A stretch of 32,000 nt of DNA from Nitrosococcus oceani ATCC 19707 (GTDB lineage: Bacteria; Pseudomonadota; Gammaproteobacteria; Nitrosococcales; Nitrosococcaceae): contig NC_007484.1 of assembly GCF_000012805.1 (NCBI RefSeq), positions 1,140,001 to 1,172,000 on the forward strand, in the 5' to 3' direction. The notes beneath the pieces are model-generated. The model worked only from the letters and a program-made list of their open reading frames with translations. It did no database searches and was not told the DNA's origin. Numbering within the stretch: the stretch's first letter is position 1; each line of letters opens with the position of its first letter. The position numbers and the translations under genes were made by a program. Positions 9,259 to 21,297 of the stretch are shown piece after piece.

Positions 9259-9923
9259 GTGAAGTGTGTTCCCTGAAAAACATTATTGAAGCCATTTTAT
9301 TGGTAGCAGATCGGCCCTTGACGATCGAACAGTTGAGTAAGCTGTTTGATGAGGAGATGCAACCTTCCCGCAGCCAGATAGGCAGCATCCTCGAGGAACT
9401 GGCGGTAGACTGGAGAAACAGAGGGATTGAGTTGAAGGAGATCCATAGCGGCTATCGTTTTCAGGCCCGCCGGGAACTGTCGCCTTGGATATCCAGACTC
9501 TGGGAAGAGCGGCCATCCCGCTATTCGCGGGCATTTTTAGAGACCTTGGCCCTTATTGCTTATCGTCAACCGATTACTCGGGGGGAAATTGAAGAAATTC
9601 GTGGCGTTTCCGTCAGCAGTTCTATCATGAAGACCTTGCAAGAGCGGGAGTGGGTCAGGGTGCTTGGACATCGGGAGGTCCCAGGGCGGCCTGCCCTATA
9701 TGGTACCACCCGTAAATTTTTGGACCAATTCAATCTTAGAAACCTAGATGAACTACCATCTCTGGCGGAGGTGAAGACTCTAGGTGAAGCTCAAATAGCG
9801 CTTACTTTGGTGGAAGGCGGTTTAGGTAAAGAAGGCGTGGTCCTAGAAAAAGGCCCATCACCCTCTAAAAAGTCTCTTGCTGAGTCTGACCTTGCTCCTA
9901 ATGAAGTGTTGCAAAAACAGTAA
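9255..9923 (+). CDS. scpB: Segregation and condensation protein B
   Basis: 222 aa. IIEAILLVADRPLTIEQL ... LETLALIAYRQPITRGEIEEIRGV ... YGTTRKFLDQF is the ScpB signature. Translationally coupled to scpA. Confidence 0.92.
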   Translation: MSEVCSLKNIIEAILLVADRPLTIEQLSKLFDEEMQPSRSQIGSILEELAVDWRNRGIELKEIHSGYRFQARRELSPWISRLWEERPSRYSRAFLETLALIAYRQPITRGEIEEIRGVSVSSSIMKTLQEREWVRVLGHREVPGRPALYGTTRKFLDQFNLRNLDELPSLAEVKTLGEAQIALTLVEGGLGKEGVVLEKGPSPSKKSLAESDLAPNEVLQKQ

Positions 9924-9946
9924 TTAGCGGGAAAGGTACTTATTCT

Positions 9947-10753
9947 GTGGCGGAACGCCTACAAAAAATATTGGCCCGGGGAGGACTGGGGTCCCGCCGG
10001 GAAGTTGAAGAGTGGATTAAGGCGGGCCGAGTCCGAATCAACGGCATTCCCGCGCGCTTAGGCGACAAGGTATCAGATGAGGATCAGGTGACTGTTAATG
10101 GGAGACCCTTATCGCCTAGGCGGTTGCAGGCTCCTTCTTCCCAGGTCATCCTTTATCATAAACCGGCAGGTGAAATCTGTAGCCGCAAGGATCCGGAAGG
10201 GCGCCCGACTGTGTTCCGGTCCTTACCTCGCCCCCGGCAGGGCCGTTGGGTAAGCGTTGGGCGTTTGGATATCAATACCTCTGGTCTCTTATTGTTCACG
10301 ACCGACGGTGAACTGGCTAACCGTTTGATGCATCCTTCCACCCAAGTGGAGCGGGAATATGCCGTGCGGGTTTTGGGTACTGTAACGGAAGTCATCCTTG
10401 AGCGCTTGCAGAGAGGGGTGCAATTGGAGGATGGTCTAGCCAGTTTTAAGCGAATACTGGATGCTGGCGGTGAAGGCGCTAATCACTGGTATCATGTCAT
10501 ACTCTGGGAGGGACGGAAGCGGGAAGTTCGGCGCCTTTGGGAATCCCAGGGGATTCAAGTGAGCCGGCTGATACGCATTCGTTTCGGTCCCGTCAGCTTG
10601 CCTCCTGGGTTGCGAATGGGCCGCTGGCGCTTTCTGGAACCATCTGAGTTTAAAGCTTTGTTAGAGATAGGGGGCGTGGAGCAGCGCACTACCAGGTTTC
10701 AGCCCCGCAGTAAAAATAATCGAAGGGGTAGGCAAGGTCGGAAACAAGGTTGA
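9947..10753 (+). CDS. rluB: 23S rRNA pseudouridine synthase, RluB/RsuA family
   Basis: 268 aa. S4 domain (ERLQKILARGGLGSRREVEEWI), catalytic GRLDINTSGLLLFT motif, basic C-terminal tail. GTG start. Confidence 0.9.
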   Translation: MAERLQKILARGGLGSRREVEEWIKAGRVRINGIPARLGDKVSDEDQVTVNGRPLSPRRLQAPSSQVILYHKPAGEICSRKDPEGRPTVFRSLPRPRQGRWVSVGRLDINTSGLLLFTTDGELANRLMHPSTQVEREYAVRVLGTVTEVILERLQRGVQLEDGLASFKRILDAGGEGANHWYHVILWEGRKREVRRLWESQGIQVSRLIRIRFGPVSLPPGLRMGRWRFLEPSEFKALLEIGGVEQRTTRFQPRSKNNRRGRQGRKQG

Positions 10754-10774
10754 TTTTCCTGCCGTAGATTTTTA

Positions 10775-11635
10775 TTAGCATTGGGGAACGAGACCCCGCC
10801 GGGCGCGGCGTGAGGTGCGCCAGGCGATCCAAAGCTTACGTAATGGGGTCAACGAAGTTCGCCGTTGTAGGACCGGGTAGCCGTCCTCTTCCATGGTATT
10901 CAAGATGTTCAGGCCGAGTGCTATCTGGGTTAGGCCGGCATACTGGGTTTGGCGATCATGTTTCCCTAGGTTCGCCAAGGCACTACGAAAATAGTGGCGG
11001 GTCTGGCCAGCTTGCTGGGCGAGGAGGGCAGTCATCCCCTGGGAGTTAGCATAGCTAGTGAAGATAGCTTCCGATGAGACCTGAAAACGGGTAAGTTCCT
11101 CCTGAGGTAGATAAATGCGGCCCCGATCGGCGTCTTGGCGTACGTTGCGCAGAATATGGGTCAATTGTAGGGCAATTCCAAGATTTTCAGCGTATGTTCG
11201 AGTCTCTGAGTCCTGATAGCCATAGATTTCAGCTGCCATTAAGCTAATGACTCCAGCAATTTGGTAGCAATAGGTGGTCAGAGCTTGAAAAGAAGGATAA
11301 GTCGATTGTTCTAGATCGCTCGCAGCTCCCCCAATCACCTGCAGGAAGGATTGTTGGGGGAGATCATAGGTTTTAATAGGAGTGGCTAGGGTTTGGGTTA
11401 CCGGGTGCCGGGGACAGCCCGCAAATAGACGGGTAATTTCCTCTTGCCACCACTGGAGCTTGGTTTGAGCAACACCTACATCGGAACACTCGGCCACGAT
11501 GCCGACGATTTCTTTTTGGTAAGCATAAAGCGCGGTAACGGTGTGCCGTTGAGCCTCAGGTAAAAAGAGAAGGCTATAATAAAGGCTGCTTCCCGGCGGC
11601 GTTGCCTTGTTGTGGCAGTATTCCCTCGGATCCAT
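10775..11635 (-). CDS. Squalene/phytoene synthase family protein (first Asp-rich motif degenerate)
   Basis: 286 aa. Family hallmarks YYSLLFLP..., YCYQIAGVI, LQLTHILRNVRQDADRGRIYLPQEEL. The usual first motif (YAFCR..DD..D) reads LYAYQKEIVGIVAE. Confidence 0.8.
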   Translation of the reverse strand: MDPREYCHNKATPPGSSLYYSLLFLPEAQRHTVTALYAYQKEIVGIVAECSDVGVAQTKLQWWQEEITRLFAGCPRHPVTQTLATPIKTYDLPQQSFLQVIGGAASDLEQSTYPSFQALTTYCYQIAGVISLMAAEIYGYQDSETRTYAENLGIALQLTHILRNVRQDADRGRIYLPQEELTRFQVSSEAIFTSYANSQGMTALLAQQAGQTRHYFRSALANLGKHDRQTQYAGLTQIALGLNILNTMEEDGYPVLQRRTSLTPLRKLWIAWRTSRRARRGLVPQC

Positions 11636-11689
11636 TAATTTCTTAGGAAACGGCTCTGATGACCATTCTTCATAGAGAAGAATACCCTA

Positions 11690-12004
11690 TTAGATCCGCA
11701 GACGTTCAACCGGATGGCCATTCATCAGGTGCTCAGTAATAATTTCATCGATATCCTTGCGGCTGGTGTAAGTGTACCAAGTCCCTTCAGGATAAACTAC
11801 AATGGCAGGTCCTTGGGCGCACCGATTAAGGCAACCCGCTGTGTTGATGCGCACTTGTCGGCGCCTCGCTAATCCCAGTGCTTTAACTTTTTCTTTAGCA
11901 TAGTTGCGAATTGCTAAAGCATCATGGTTCTGGCAGCAGGGGCGGCCATCATCCCTTTGGTTAGTGCAAAAGAATACGTGATAACGATAGTAAGACTCGC
12001 TCAT
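11690..12004 (-). CDS. Thioredoxin-like [2Fe-2S] ferredoxin
   Basis: 104 aa. HVFFCTNQR...CC ... TAGCLNRCAQGPAIVVYPEGTWY gives the cysteine pattern of thioredoxin-like 2Fe-2S ferredoxins. Confidence 0.85.
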   Translation of the reverse strand: MSESYYRYHVFFCTNQRDDGRPCCQNHDALAIRNYAKEKVKALGLARRRQVRINTAGCLNRCAQGPAIVVYPEGTWYTYTSRKDIDEIITEHLMNGHPVERLRI

Positions 12005-12091
12005 AAACGCTGATTCTATAATTTGGATGAAAATATGAATGTGCCCGTATCAGGGGTGGGTAGTAATAGTACTGCAAAAGAAAGCGAGTTT

Positions 12092-12442
12092 TTAAGGTGA
12101 GAAGGAAGAGCCACAGCCACAGGTAGTTTCGGCATTGGGATTGCGAATGACAAATTGAGCGCCTTCCAGCCCCTCAGTATAGTCGATCTCTGCGCCTACC
12201 AGGTACTGATAGCTTGTGGGATCGATAAGTAGGGTAACTCCGCCATTTTTCACCCGAGTATCGCCTTCATGAGAAGTTTCGTCAAAGGTAAAGCCATATT
12301 GGAAGCCTGAACACCCGCCGCCTGTGATAAACACCCGCAGCATTAGCTTATCATTGCCTTCCTCTTCGATAAGTTCTTTGACTTTACCAGCAGCGATATC
12401 GGTAAATATTAATGGGTTTGGCATGGCATTAGTTACGTTCAT
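12092..12442 (-). CDS. erpA: Iron-sulfur cluster insertion protein ErpA (A-type carrier)
   Basis: 116 aa. [20 protein letters not shown] ... [14 protein letters not shown]. Confidence 0.95.
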   Translation of the reverse strand: MNVTNAMPNPLIFTDIAAGKVKELIEEEGNDKLMLRVFITGGGCSGFQYGFTFDETSHEGDTRVKNGGVTLLIDPTSYQYLVGAEIDYTEGLEGAQFVIRNPNAETTCGCGSSFSP

Positions 12443-12502
12443 GATAGGATGCTCTCCAAAATTTTAAATTACTCTTTAATTATCTAAAACTTACTGGTTC
12501 AG

Positions 12503-12949
12503 TCAAGGGTTACCTTCCTTAAGACCGGATATAGGTGGTGGAGTTTCCTCCTCCGGTCCGGCAGCGAGCTTTAGTCTAGGAATCTGGTTTTCTTCCATGT
12601 GGATCAAATTGCCATTAATTTTGGCACCTATTGCTATTTCGATAAGGTAATAATACAAGTCTCCGTGGATCTGGGCTTGGTAGGCAAGTTCAATATATTC
12701 GCTGGCGTGGATATCCCCTGTGACTGAACCATTAAGGATGATACAAGGGACTTTGACGTGGCCTTCGATGCTCCCATCTTGGCTGATGATCAGGAGAGAG
12801 TCTTCATCTTCGGCGATAATATCACCCTTTACATGGCCTTCCACCCGTAGTCCTCCACTGAAAGTAATATCCCCTATCAGTTGGGTATGCCGTCCAATTA
12901 AGGTATCGAGTTGAGTGCGGCGTTTGGATTTTTTTTGGCGTTTGAACAT
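12503..12949 (-). CDS. Bactofilin (polymer-forming cytoskeletal protein)
   Basis: 148 aa. Repetitive beta-helix pattern (G.I.F.G.LRVEG.V.GDI..., G.V.G.I.A...I.L...A.I.GDL.Y..I.I..GA.I.G). Pro-rich C-terminal tail. Confidence 0.85.
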   Translation of the reverse strand: MFKRQKKSKRRTQLDTLIGRHTQLIGDITFSGGLRVEGHVKGDIIAEDEDSLLIISQDGSIEGHVKVPCIILNGSVTGDIHASEYIELAYQAQIHGDLYYYLIEIAIGAKINGNLIHMEENQIPRLKLAAGPEEETPPPISGLKEGNP

Positions 12950-13010
12950 TTGAGTTCTCCTAAGGAAAGACGGTCAATTTGAGGCATGGGACTGGAAAAT
13001 ATCTCCTGCT

Positions 13011-13733
13011 CTAGCCCCCTAATGATCTCCAACTGAAGGTTTGTTCCACGGCTTTAGAAGGATGTTCCTCGGGAAGCAGGGCAATTTTTACCCGGGTTGG
13101 TTTAAAATTTTTTGGTAAAAATACTTCCCCTTCTAGGATTTGAAAGTATTTAAATTTAAAACGAAGGGGATTGCCCTTGGAGAGGGTATCGAGTTCAAAT
13201 CGAACGGGTTTCCCCTTTAATACGCCATGGATGGCCAAATGCACTTGGCCCTGGGTCAGATGGTCCATTCTGCGGCCTTGGGTGAGCACCAGGCGATAAT
13301 GGAGTAACCGTTCCGTTGCTGTTTTACTAAACTTAAGATCGTGGATATGGATGCCTTGCTCCTCAAGAGACTCCGCCAGCCCTTTATAAATTGACAGTTG
13401 ACGTGTAAGTTCCACCATCTCATCTTGTAAGTTTACTAGATTGGCGTTGAGGTCAGCACGGGTATATTGTTCGACTTCTAGTTCTTGCTGGAGCCGGGCT
13501 AGGTGCTTCCGCAGACGGCTATTTTCCTGCTGCAAATGAGAAAGTTGTTTCTGGGAGATCGGTGCCGGTGAAGAGAGATTGCGATTGGGCGCCTGTTCTG
13601 GCAGTGGAGAAAGCCGATAGGAAAGCAACCAGCCAATAGCTCCACTGAAAATGATTAAGACAAAACTAAAGAGCCACCCGCGCCAGGGGCGATATTCCTT
13701 GATAATGATACGTGGAGTAGTGTTTTTTGTCAT
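13011..13733 (-). CDS. Membrane-anchored coiled-coil protein of unknown function, conserved between argC and bactofilin/erpA
   Basis: 240 aa. One N-terminal TM (WLFSFVLIIFSGAIGWLL), a heptad-rich segment (LQQENSRLRKHLARLQQELEVEQ...), and a beta-rich C-terminus. The same argC / hypothetical / bactofilin / erpA order is familiar from Pseudomonas. Confidence 0.6.
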   Translation of the reverse strand: MTKNTTPRIIIKEYRPWRGWLFSFVLIIFSGAIGWLLSYRLSPLPEQAPNRNLSSPAPISQKQLSHLQQENSRLRKHLARLQQELEVEQYTRADLNANLVNLQDEMVELTRQLSIYKGLAESLEEQGIHIHDLKFSKTATERLLHYRLVLTQGRRMDHLTQGQVHLAIHGVLKGKPVRFELDTLSKGNPLRFKFKYFQILEGEVFLPKNFKPTRVKIALLPEEHPSKAVEQTFSWRSLGG

Positions 13734-13765
13734 TTATTTAAGAGAACTTGATCGCGGGAAAACGA

Positions 13766-14797
13766 TCAAGGTATGACAGCAATGTGCATTAACCCGCGTG
13801 TTTCTTCTTGACCGAACATAAGGTTCATATTTTGTATTGCCTGGCCGGAGGCGCCTTTTATTAGGTTATCGGTTACTGAGAGCACAATTACAGTGTTGCC
13901 TGCCGATGGGCGGTGGATAGCGAGGCGGCACATATTGTTTCCCCGGACGCTGCGGGTTTCTGGGTGGCTTCCCGGCGGCAATACATCCACAAAGGGCTCC
14001 GGGGCATAACGTTGCTCATAAAGTTCTTGGAGATCAACCTCATGCTCAAGCTGGGCGTAGAGGGTTGCATGAATTCCCCGAATCATGGGGATAAGGTGGG
14101 GAACAAAGGTCAAGTCTACGGAGGATCGGCTGGCCCATTGAAGTCCTTGAATGATTTCAGGTAGATGCCGGTGTCCGCTGACGCTATAGGCTTTAAAATT
14201 TTCACCTGCCTCGCAAAGGAGGGTTCCTAAGGCTGCTTTGCGGCCTGCTCCGCTGGCGCCTGATTTCGCATCGGCGATAAGCCGGCTAGGGTCAACTAGT
14301 TGATGCTCTAGCAAGGGGAGAAATCCAAGCTGGACCGCAGTGGGGTAGCAGCCCGGACAGGCGATTAGGCGAGCTTGGCGAATCGCTTCCCGATTGATTT
14401 CAGGGAGTCCATAAACCGCTTCAGCCAATAAATGGGGTGCAGCGTGAGGACGGCCATACCATTGCTCCCATATCGTAGGATCAGCAAGGCGGAAATCGGC
14501 AGATAAATCAATGACGCGAGTATTTTGTGCGAGCAGGGCGGGCACCATATCCATGGCGACTCCATGGGGAGTTGCAAAGAAAACTACGTCGCATTCGGCG
14601 GCTAGCTGGGCGGGCTCAGGTTCTGTAAAGCAAATATCCAAATAGCCTCGAAGGTTTGGAAATAGCTTGCTCACCGGCCTGCCTGCCTCAGTGCGTGAGG
14701 TGATGGCTACGATTTCAACATTGGGATGATTGGCCAGTAGACGTAGTAGTTCAACGCCTGTGTATCCCGTTCCACCTACGATAGCTGCTCTGATCAT
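13766..14797 (-). CDS. argC: N-acetyl-gamma-glutamyl-phosphate reductase
   Basis: 343 aa. [19 protein letters not shown]-binding motif and catalytic CPGCYPTA. Confidence 0.96.
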   Translation of the reverse strand: MIRAAIVGGTGYTGVELLRLLANHPNVEIVAITSRTEAGRPVSKLFPNLRGYLDICFTEPEPAQLAAECDVVFFATPHGVAMDMVPALLAQNTRVIDLSADFRLADPTIWEQWYGRPHAAPHLLAEAVYGLPEINREAIRQARLIACPGCYPTAVQLGFLPLLEHQLVDPSRLIADAKSGASGAGRKAALGTLLCEAGENFKAYSVSGHRHLPEIIQGLQWASRSSVDLTFVPHLIPMIRGIHATLYAQLEHEVDLQELYEQRYAPEPFVDVLPPGSHPETRSVRGNNMCRLAIHRPSAGNTVIVLSVTDNLIKGASGQAIQNMNLMFGQEETRGLMHIAVIP

Positions 14798-14957
14798 AAT
14801 TTTTGGCCCTTATTTGAAAAATAATTAGAGACCATCATAAAAGCTGACTGGAGGGAGCGGAAGCCTTAATTAGAGGAAAATCATTTAGGCCATTGGTTTT
14901 TTTGTTTTTAATGATAGCTTTATTGCCGAGCGGGTCGGTTCATAATTGGGCTAGGGT

Positions 14958-16526
14958 TTAGTGGCGGAAATGGCGCATTCCAGTAAAGAGCATTGCCATA
15001 TCCCATTCATTTGCAGCGGCAATGACTTCCTTATCCCGCCTGGAACCCCCAGGCTGGATAACAGCACAGATTCCTGCTTTAGCAGCGGCTTCCAGGCCAT
15101 CCCGAAAGGGAAAAAAAGCATCTGAGGCCAGGACCGCATTTTGGGTTGAAAAACCTGCCTCTTTCGCTTTAAGTTCCGCAATTTGACTACTCATCACCCG
15201 GCTTGTTTGCCCCGCGCCCACGCCTATGGTCCGTCCATTCTTGGCATAGACGATAGCATTGGATTTGACGAATTTTACCACCTGCCAGGCAAAGAGGAGA
15301 TCCTTTAATTCCTGGGGAGTAGGGGAGCGTTCCGTAACAGTTTGAAGCGCCTCTAAAGGCACTGTATCGGTATCCTGGTCCTGGAGTAGTAAGCCGCCGA
15401 CAATTCGCTTATAGTCCCAACCGGCGGCAGTTTGAGATGACCATTCACCACAAGCCAAGACTCGTATATTAGGTTTGGATGTGAGTATTTCTTGGGCCGT
15501 TGTTGTTACTGCAGGGGCAATAATCACTTCGGCGAATTGGCGCTTGATGATGGTTTTTGCAGTAGTTGGATCTAACGGCTCGTTGAAAGCAATAATGCCA
15601 CCAAAAGCGGAAACTGGATCAGCGGCGTAGGCTCGTTCATAAGCTTCTTGTAGGTTTATTCCTGTAGCCACTCCACAAGGATTGGCGTGTTTTACGATGA
15701 CGCAGGTAGGAGCCTCGCGAAAAGCTTTAACACATGCTAAAGCGGCATCTGTATCCGCAATATTGTTAAAGGAGAGTGTCTTGCCTTGTAATTGTTGGGC
15801 GGTGGCAATGGTTCCCGCTGGAGGGGGTTGTTCTACATAGAAGGCCGCCCGCTGATGAGGATTCTCTCCGTAACGCATTTCTTGCTTTTTGGCAAATTGA
15901 ATATTGTAGCTGCGGGGAAACGCGCTCTTTTCGCCATTTGGAGTCAACGCTCCTAGGTAATTAGCGATGGTGGCATCGTAGCGTGCAGTGTGTTCAAAGC
16001 TTTTCACCGCCAATTCAAAACGGGTAGAGGATGAGAGGGCTCCGCCGTTTGCTTCCATTTCACGGAGGACTCTTTCGTAGTCGTCTGGATCGACGATTAC
16101 GGTCACCGCCGCATGGTTTTTAGCCGCAGCTCGGAGCAGGGTGGGTCCGCCAATATCGATGTTCTCGATAGCGGTAGCCAAGTCGCAATCTGGTTTTGCC
16201 ACCGTTTGTTCGAAGGGATAAAGATTAACGGCTACCAGATCGATGGGGGCAATATTATATTCCGCCATAGTGGTGGCATCGGTTTCCCTTCGTCCTAGAA
16301 TGCCTCCATGGATTTTGGGGTGGAGTGTTTTAATGCGTCCCCCCATCATTTCTGGGAAACCGGTATAGGTGGATATTTCTGTGGCTCCAATGTTGTTTTT
16401 TTGGAGTAATTGGGCGCTGCCACCAGTGGATAAGATTTTGACACCCCGCGCCTGGAGCCGGTGTGCAAAGGGAACGATGCCGGTTTTGTCGGAGACACTG
16501 ATAAGGGCGCGGGCTATGGGTTTCAT
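14958..16526 (-). CDS. purH: Bifunctional AICAR formyltransferase / IMP cyclohydrolase
   Basis: 522 aa. [34 protein letters not shown], ending FTGMRHFRH. Confidence 0.97.
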   Translation of the reverse strand: MKPIARALISVSDKTGIVPFAHRLQARGVKILSTGGSAQLLQKNNIGATEISTYTGFPEMMGGRIKTLHPKIHGGILGRRETDATTMAEYNIAPIDLVAVNLYPFEQTVAKPDCDLATAIENIDIGGPTLLRAAAKNHAAVTVIVDPDDYERVLREMEANGGALSSSTRFELAVKSFEHTARYDATIANYLGALTPNGEKSAFPRSYNIQFAKKQEMRYGENPHQRAAFYVEQPPPAGTIATAQQLQGKTLSFNNIADTDAALACVKAFREAPTCVIVKHANPCGVATGINLQEAYERAYAADPVSAFGGIIAFNEPLDPTTAKTIIKRQFAEVIIAPAVTTTAQEILTSKPNIRVLACGEWSSQTAAGWDYKRIVGGLLLQDQDTDTVPLEALQTVTERSPTPQELKDLLFAWQVVKFVKSNAIVYAKNGRTIGVGAGQTSRVMSSQIAELKAKEAGFSTQNAVLASDAFFPFRDGLEAAAKAGICAVIQPGGSRRDKEVIAAANEWDMAMLFTGMRHFRH

Positions 16527-16595
16527 GGGTTTTATTGATAAGGTTCTGGTTTAGACTTTCTAAGTTTTAAAACAATACGCTCTTCCAGGATGATA

Positions 16596-16892
16596 TTAGC
16601 CAATGGCGCTGATGCCATATTGTCTTAGCTTTTTGCGAAGGGTGCTGCGGTTCATACCAAGAAATTTAGCAGCTTTGGTTTGATTACCTCCGGTATGCTT
16701 CAAGGTGGTTTGCAGTAAGGGGGGTTCAATCTCTTTCATCACGATCTCATAGAGATCAGCGGGATCATGCCCATTCAGACGATCGAAATACTCATCAAGT
16801 GCCTGTCGGAGGCACTCGCTAATGGGTGAATTGCGCTGTTCTTCGTTGATGGTCAGTTTGCGTTCAGTTGTTCGTGCAGGCTCGTCGCTCAT
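16596..16892 (-). CDS. fis: DNA-binding protein Fis
   Basis: The C-terminal 70 aa (LRQALDEYFDRLNGHDPADLYEIVMKEIEPPLLQTTLKHTGGNQTKAAKFLGMNRSTLRKKLRQYGI) closely parallel E. coli Fis. ATG at 16892 gives 98 aa with GGTGG 6 nt upstream. The ORF is open up to 16976, so the start is uncertain. Confidence 0.85.
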   Translation of the reverse strand: MSDEPARTTERKLTINEEQRNSPISECLRQALDEYFDRLNGHDPADLYEIVMKEIEPPLLQTTLKHTGGNQTKAAKFLGMNRSTLRKKLRQYGISAIG

Positions 16893-17321
16893 GTGGCCAC
16901 CACTCTCGGCTTGTAACGTCATTCGTTGAAATTTCCTGTATTCCGGCGGGCTTACCGCCCGCCAGCCAAGTTCCAAATACTAAAAGGGATCACCTGAGAG
17001 ATAGCTATCATACCTCCGGCAGTGAGTTGGATAAAGGTTTAAACTTTTATCTACCGGGGGAGGGCTACGGAGCGGATCTTTAAAGCATAGTATCGAAAAA
17101 GTTAGCTAGCCCTTTCGGCCTACTTACTTGAAGAAAATTATACCAGAAATGGTGAATTGCTCGGTATTTCTTGCAGGTATCTAACCTGCCTGGGACTTTA
17201 TCACATACTTACAATATGTATTGTATCTGTATGGTGGCTGCGCGAAACCCTATACAGCATGAAGAGAAAGAAGAAGTCTATAAAAGCATTTGATTTACAA
17301 TAAGACAATATGCCTTCTTAC

Positions 17322-18203
17322 CTAACGCCGATGTCCAGCCAGCAGAACCCAATTTTCTTTGATCATAGGAGTGTTAAAGGTAAACCAATTATTATAGGTT
17401 TGAAGGATTTGTTGAATTTGATCGGAGGTGATACCTGATAAAATGAGGTAAGCACCAGGGTAAGTCAATCTAGCAAAGAGAGAAGCTAGTCTTAGCAAAG
17501 GCTCCGCTAAGATATTTGCGACCAAGAAGTCCGCCTTTATTTCAATAAGTTCAGACGGCGATGAGACTTGGAGTTGAGAGATAACCCCATTGTGGGTGGC
17601 ATTTTCCTGGGTAGCCAATAGGGCTTGGGGATCGTGATCCACTGCAACAGCAGCAGTGGCCCCCAGTTTAAGAGCGGCAATGGCTAGGATGCCAGAACCA
17701 CAGCCATAATCGATAATACAAGCTTGGTTGAGATTGGCATTGGTTAGCCATTCCAAGCATAGTGCGGTGGTTGGGTGTGTGCCCGTGCCGAAGGCAAGAC
17801 CCGGATCAAGTAAGAGATTAACTGCTTCCGGCTCGGGGGGAGGGAGCCAGCTCGGGCAAACCCAAAGCTGTGAGCCAAAGCGTAGGGGCTTAAAGTGGTC
17901 CATCCAAGCCCGTTCCCAGTTTTGATCCGCCAAAATTTCCCAGCGGTAGGAGGGGAAGGACTCCGGAGCCCAGTCCTGTTTCAACTCCTGTAGCAAAGTA
18001 TCCGGATCAGAGGCCATTGGAAATAGGGCATTCACCCGAGTTCGGGACCACAAAGGGGTCTCTCCCGGCGGTGGTTCGAAAAGCGGCTGATCGGTTGCGT
18101 CCAGTAGCGTAACCGCTACCGCTCCCGCTTCGCTTAATTGGTCTGACAAGCGTTCAACTTGCCCGGCACTGACCTCGAGCTGAAATTGAATCCAAGGCAT
18201 CAA
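17322..18203 (-). CDS. prmA: Ribosomal protein L11 methyltransferase
   Basis: 293 aa. LDPGLAFGTGTHPTT, IDYGCGSGILAIAA SAM motif. Classic position next to accBC. Confidence 0.93.
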   Translation of the reverse strand: MMPWIQFQLEVSAGQVERLSDQLSEAGAVAVTLLDATDQPLFEPPPGETPLWSRTRVNALFPMASDPDTLLQELKQDWAPESFPSYRWEILADQNWERAWMDHFKPLRFGSQLWVCPSWLPPPEPEAVNLLLDPGLAFGTGTHPTTALCLEWLTNANLNQACIIDYGCGSGILAIAALKLGATAAVAVDHDPQALLATQENATHNGVISQLQVSSPSELIEIKADFLVANILAEPLLRLASLFARLTYPGAYLILSGITSDQIQQILQTYNNWFTFNTPMIKENWVLLAGHRR

Positions 18204-18217
18204 ATAGCTAACAGAGA

Positions 18218-19558
<1,341 letters not shown>

Positions 19559-19562
19559 GAGA

Positions 19563-20018
19563 TTACTTTATCACGAAGAGGGGTTGACCATATTCCACGG
19601 GTTGTCCATTCTCAACGAGGATGGCGGCAATGGTTCCCCCTTGATCAGCCTCGATTTGATTGAACATTTTCATAGCCTCAATGATGCATAACACATCGCC
19701 TGCCGTTACCTGATGCTCAATTTCTACAAAGGATTTTGTCCCTGGTGTTGCAGACCGGTAAAAAGTGCCGACCATGGGGGATTTTATAATATGACCGGAC
19801 GGAATTTCTTCTTCTTTTTTCTGGGCCGCCTCTTTTTGGGGTGGAGGCTCAGAGGCGATCGTGGTCGGCGCCGGCGTTGGCGCTACTACCGGGGAAATGG
19901 CCGTAGCTTGGCTATGACGGCAAATACGGACAGATTCTTCTCCTTCACGAATTTCTAGCTCGGCGACTCCAGAGGATTCTAGCAACTCAATCAGCTTCTT
20001 AATCTTTCTTATGTCCAT
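19563..20018 (-). CDS. accB: Acetyl-CoA carboxylase, biotin carboxyl carrier protein
   Basis: 151 aa. Pro/Ala linker and [11 protein letters not shown] biotinylation motif. Confidence 0.96.
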   Translation of the reverse strand: MDIRKIKKLIELLESSGVAELEIREGEESVRICRHSQATAISPVVAPTPAPTTIASEPPPQKEAAQKKEEEIPSGHIIKSPMVGTFYRSATPGTKSFVEIEHQVTAGDVLCIIEAMKMFNQIEADQGGTIAAILVENGQPVEYGQPLFVIK

Positions 20019-20069
20019 AAAGGTCTCGTCTAAATCAGCAAAAACATCGTTAGTTATATAGAATGGGCT

Positions 20070-20513
20070 TTAGGGAGGCAAGAGGCGGGCGAATACCGCT
20101 TGTAAAGCTAATTCGTAGCCCGTAGGTCCCAAGCCACTAATAACCCCCTCGGCAATATCGGAAAAATAGGAATGACGGCGAAATGCTTCCCGCCTATGGA
20201 CATTCGATAAGTGCACTTCGATAAAGGGTATGGCCACCGCCGCTAAGGCATCCCGCAGAGCGATACTGGTATGGGTAAAAGCTGCCGGATTAATAATAAT
20301 AAACGCTATATCTTGATGAGCTGCGCTATGAATTTGCTCGATGAGAATATGTTCCGCATTAGCCTGGAAGCAAGTTAAATGATGGCCTGCTTGAGCCGCT
20401 TGATGCGTTAAATTGCTATTAATAGCCTCTAAAGTAATGGAGCCATAATATTTGGGTTCTCGGGTACCGAGCAGATTAAGATTAGGACCGTGAATGACCA
20501 ATAGGTTTGCCAT
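20070..20513 (-). CDS. aroQ: Type II 3-dehydroquinate dehydratase
   Basis: 147 aa. [47 protein letters not shown]. Confidence 0.95.
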   Translation of the reverse strand: MANLLVIHGPNLNLLGTREPKYYGSITLEAINSNLTHQAAQAGHHLTCFQANAEHILIEQIHSAAHQDIAFIIINPAAFTHTSIALRDALAAVAIPFIEVHLSNVHRREAFRRHSYFSDIAEGVISGLGPTGYELALQAVFARLLPP

Positions 20514-20773
20514 GATTTTGGGTGTAAGTAAATCAACAAGGCCGATGCATAATGGTTTTCTACCACCTAGGTAGGCTATTAGTCTGCTGCGAATTGTGCA
20601 CTTTCTGCTGGTAAATGTCTAGATGTTAGCGATTTGCGGTTAGCGGTATTAATATGAAGCCGCGTACCCCTTATGATATTTGGAAATGGGGGATTAAAAA
20701 TGGTAGCCGCTCAAAATTATGGCTTACCCAACATTGTCGTTCCGAGAAGAGACAATATGCTGGGCGGCTGTAA

Positions 20774-21295
20774 CTATAGCAATGGTAAAATAAAGCTTTT
20801 TGTGGTCTCTTTATCTAAAACCCCTGCGTGAGTATAGACAATCTGGCCAGCTCGGTTAATGAAGGCAGTATAAGGAACGACATCCAGTTCGTTACCGTAA
20901 TCCATAGCTACCCTAGGGGCTTTTTCTTCGCTCACGAGGATGGGATAGTTAATGCCATACTCCTTGATAAATGCCTTGACTTTATCGGGCCTGTCGATGG
21001 CTACTCCGATAAACTGGAGTCCCTGCTCTCCCAGAGAACGCTGTAACTCAATAAACTCAGGAATCTCCTCTAGGCACGGTGGGCACCAGGTTGCCCAAAA
21101 ATTGATAACCACTACCTTGCCATCCCACTCCCGGATATCATGCTCGGTGCCATGGGCATCTGGAAGTTTAAACACTGGCCGAATGGGTCCCGTAGTAGGA
21201 CGATCATCTTGCTGCGTTTGGTATAGAATATATCCCCCAATTCCGGCTAATAGGGCCACGGTGAGGATTAAAGGCCAGCGGATAATTTTATTCAA
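20774..21295 (-). CDS. TlpA/ResA-like periplasmic thiol:disulfide oxidoreductase
   Basis: 173 aa. N-terminal membrane anchor and WATWCPPC thioredoxin active site. Start lies 3 nt after the dsbD stop. Confidence 0.85.
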   Translation of the reverse strand: MNKIIRWPLILTVALLAGIGGYILYQTQQDDRPTTGPIRPVFKLPDAHGTEHDIREWDGKVVVINFWATWCPPCLEEIPEFIELQRSLGEQGLQFIGVAIDRPDKVKAFIKEYGINYPILVSEEKAPRVAMDYGNELDVVPYTAFINRAGQIVYTHAGVLDKETTKSFILPLL

Positions 21296-21297
21296 GA

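Noticed and set aside
11655-11690. 7-bp hairpin attcttc-ataga-gaagaat between the ferredoxin and the squalene/phytoene-synthase-like gene
   Set aside because: The stem is AT-rich and short, with no following U-tract on the - strand. This is not convincing as a terminator.
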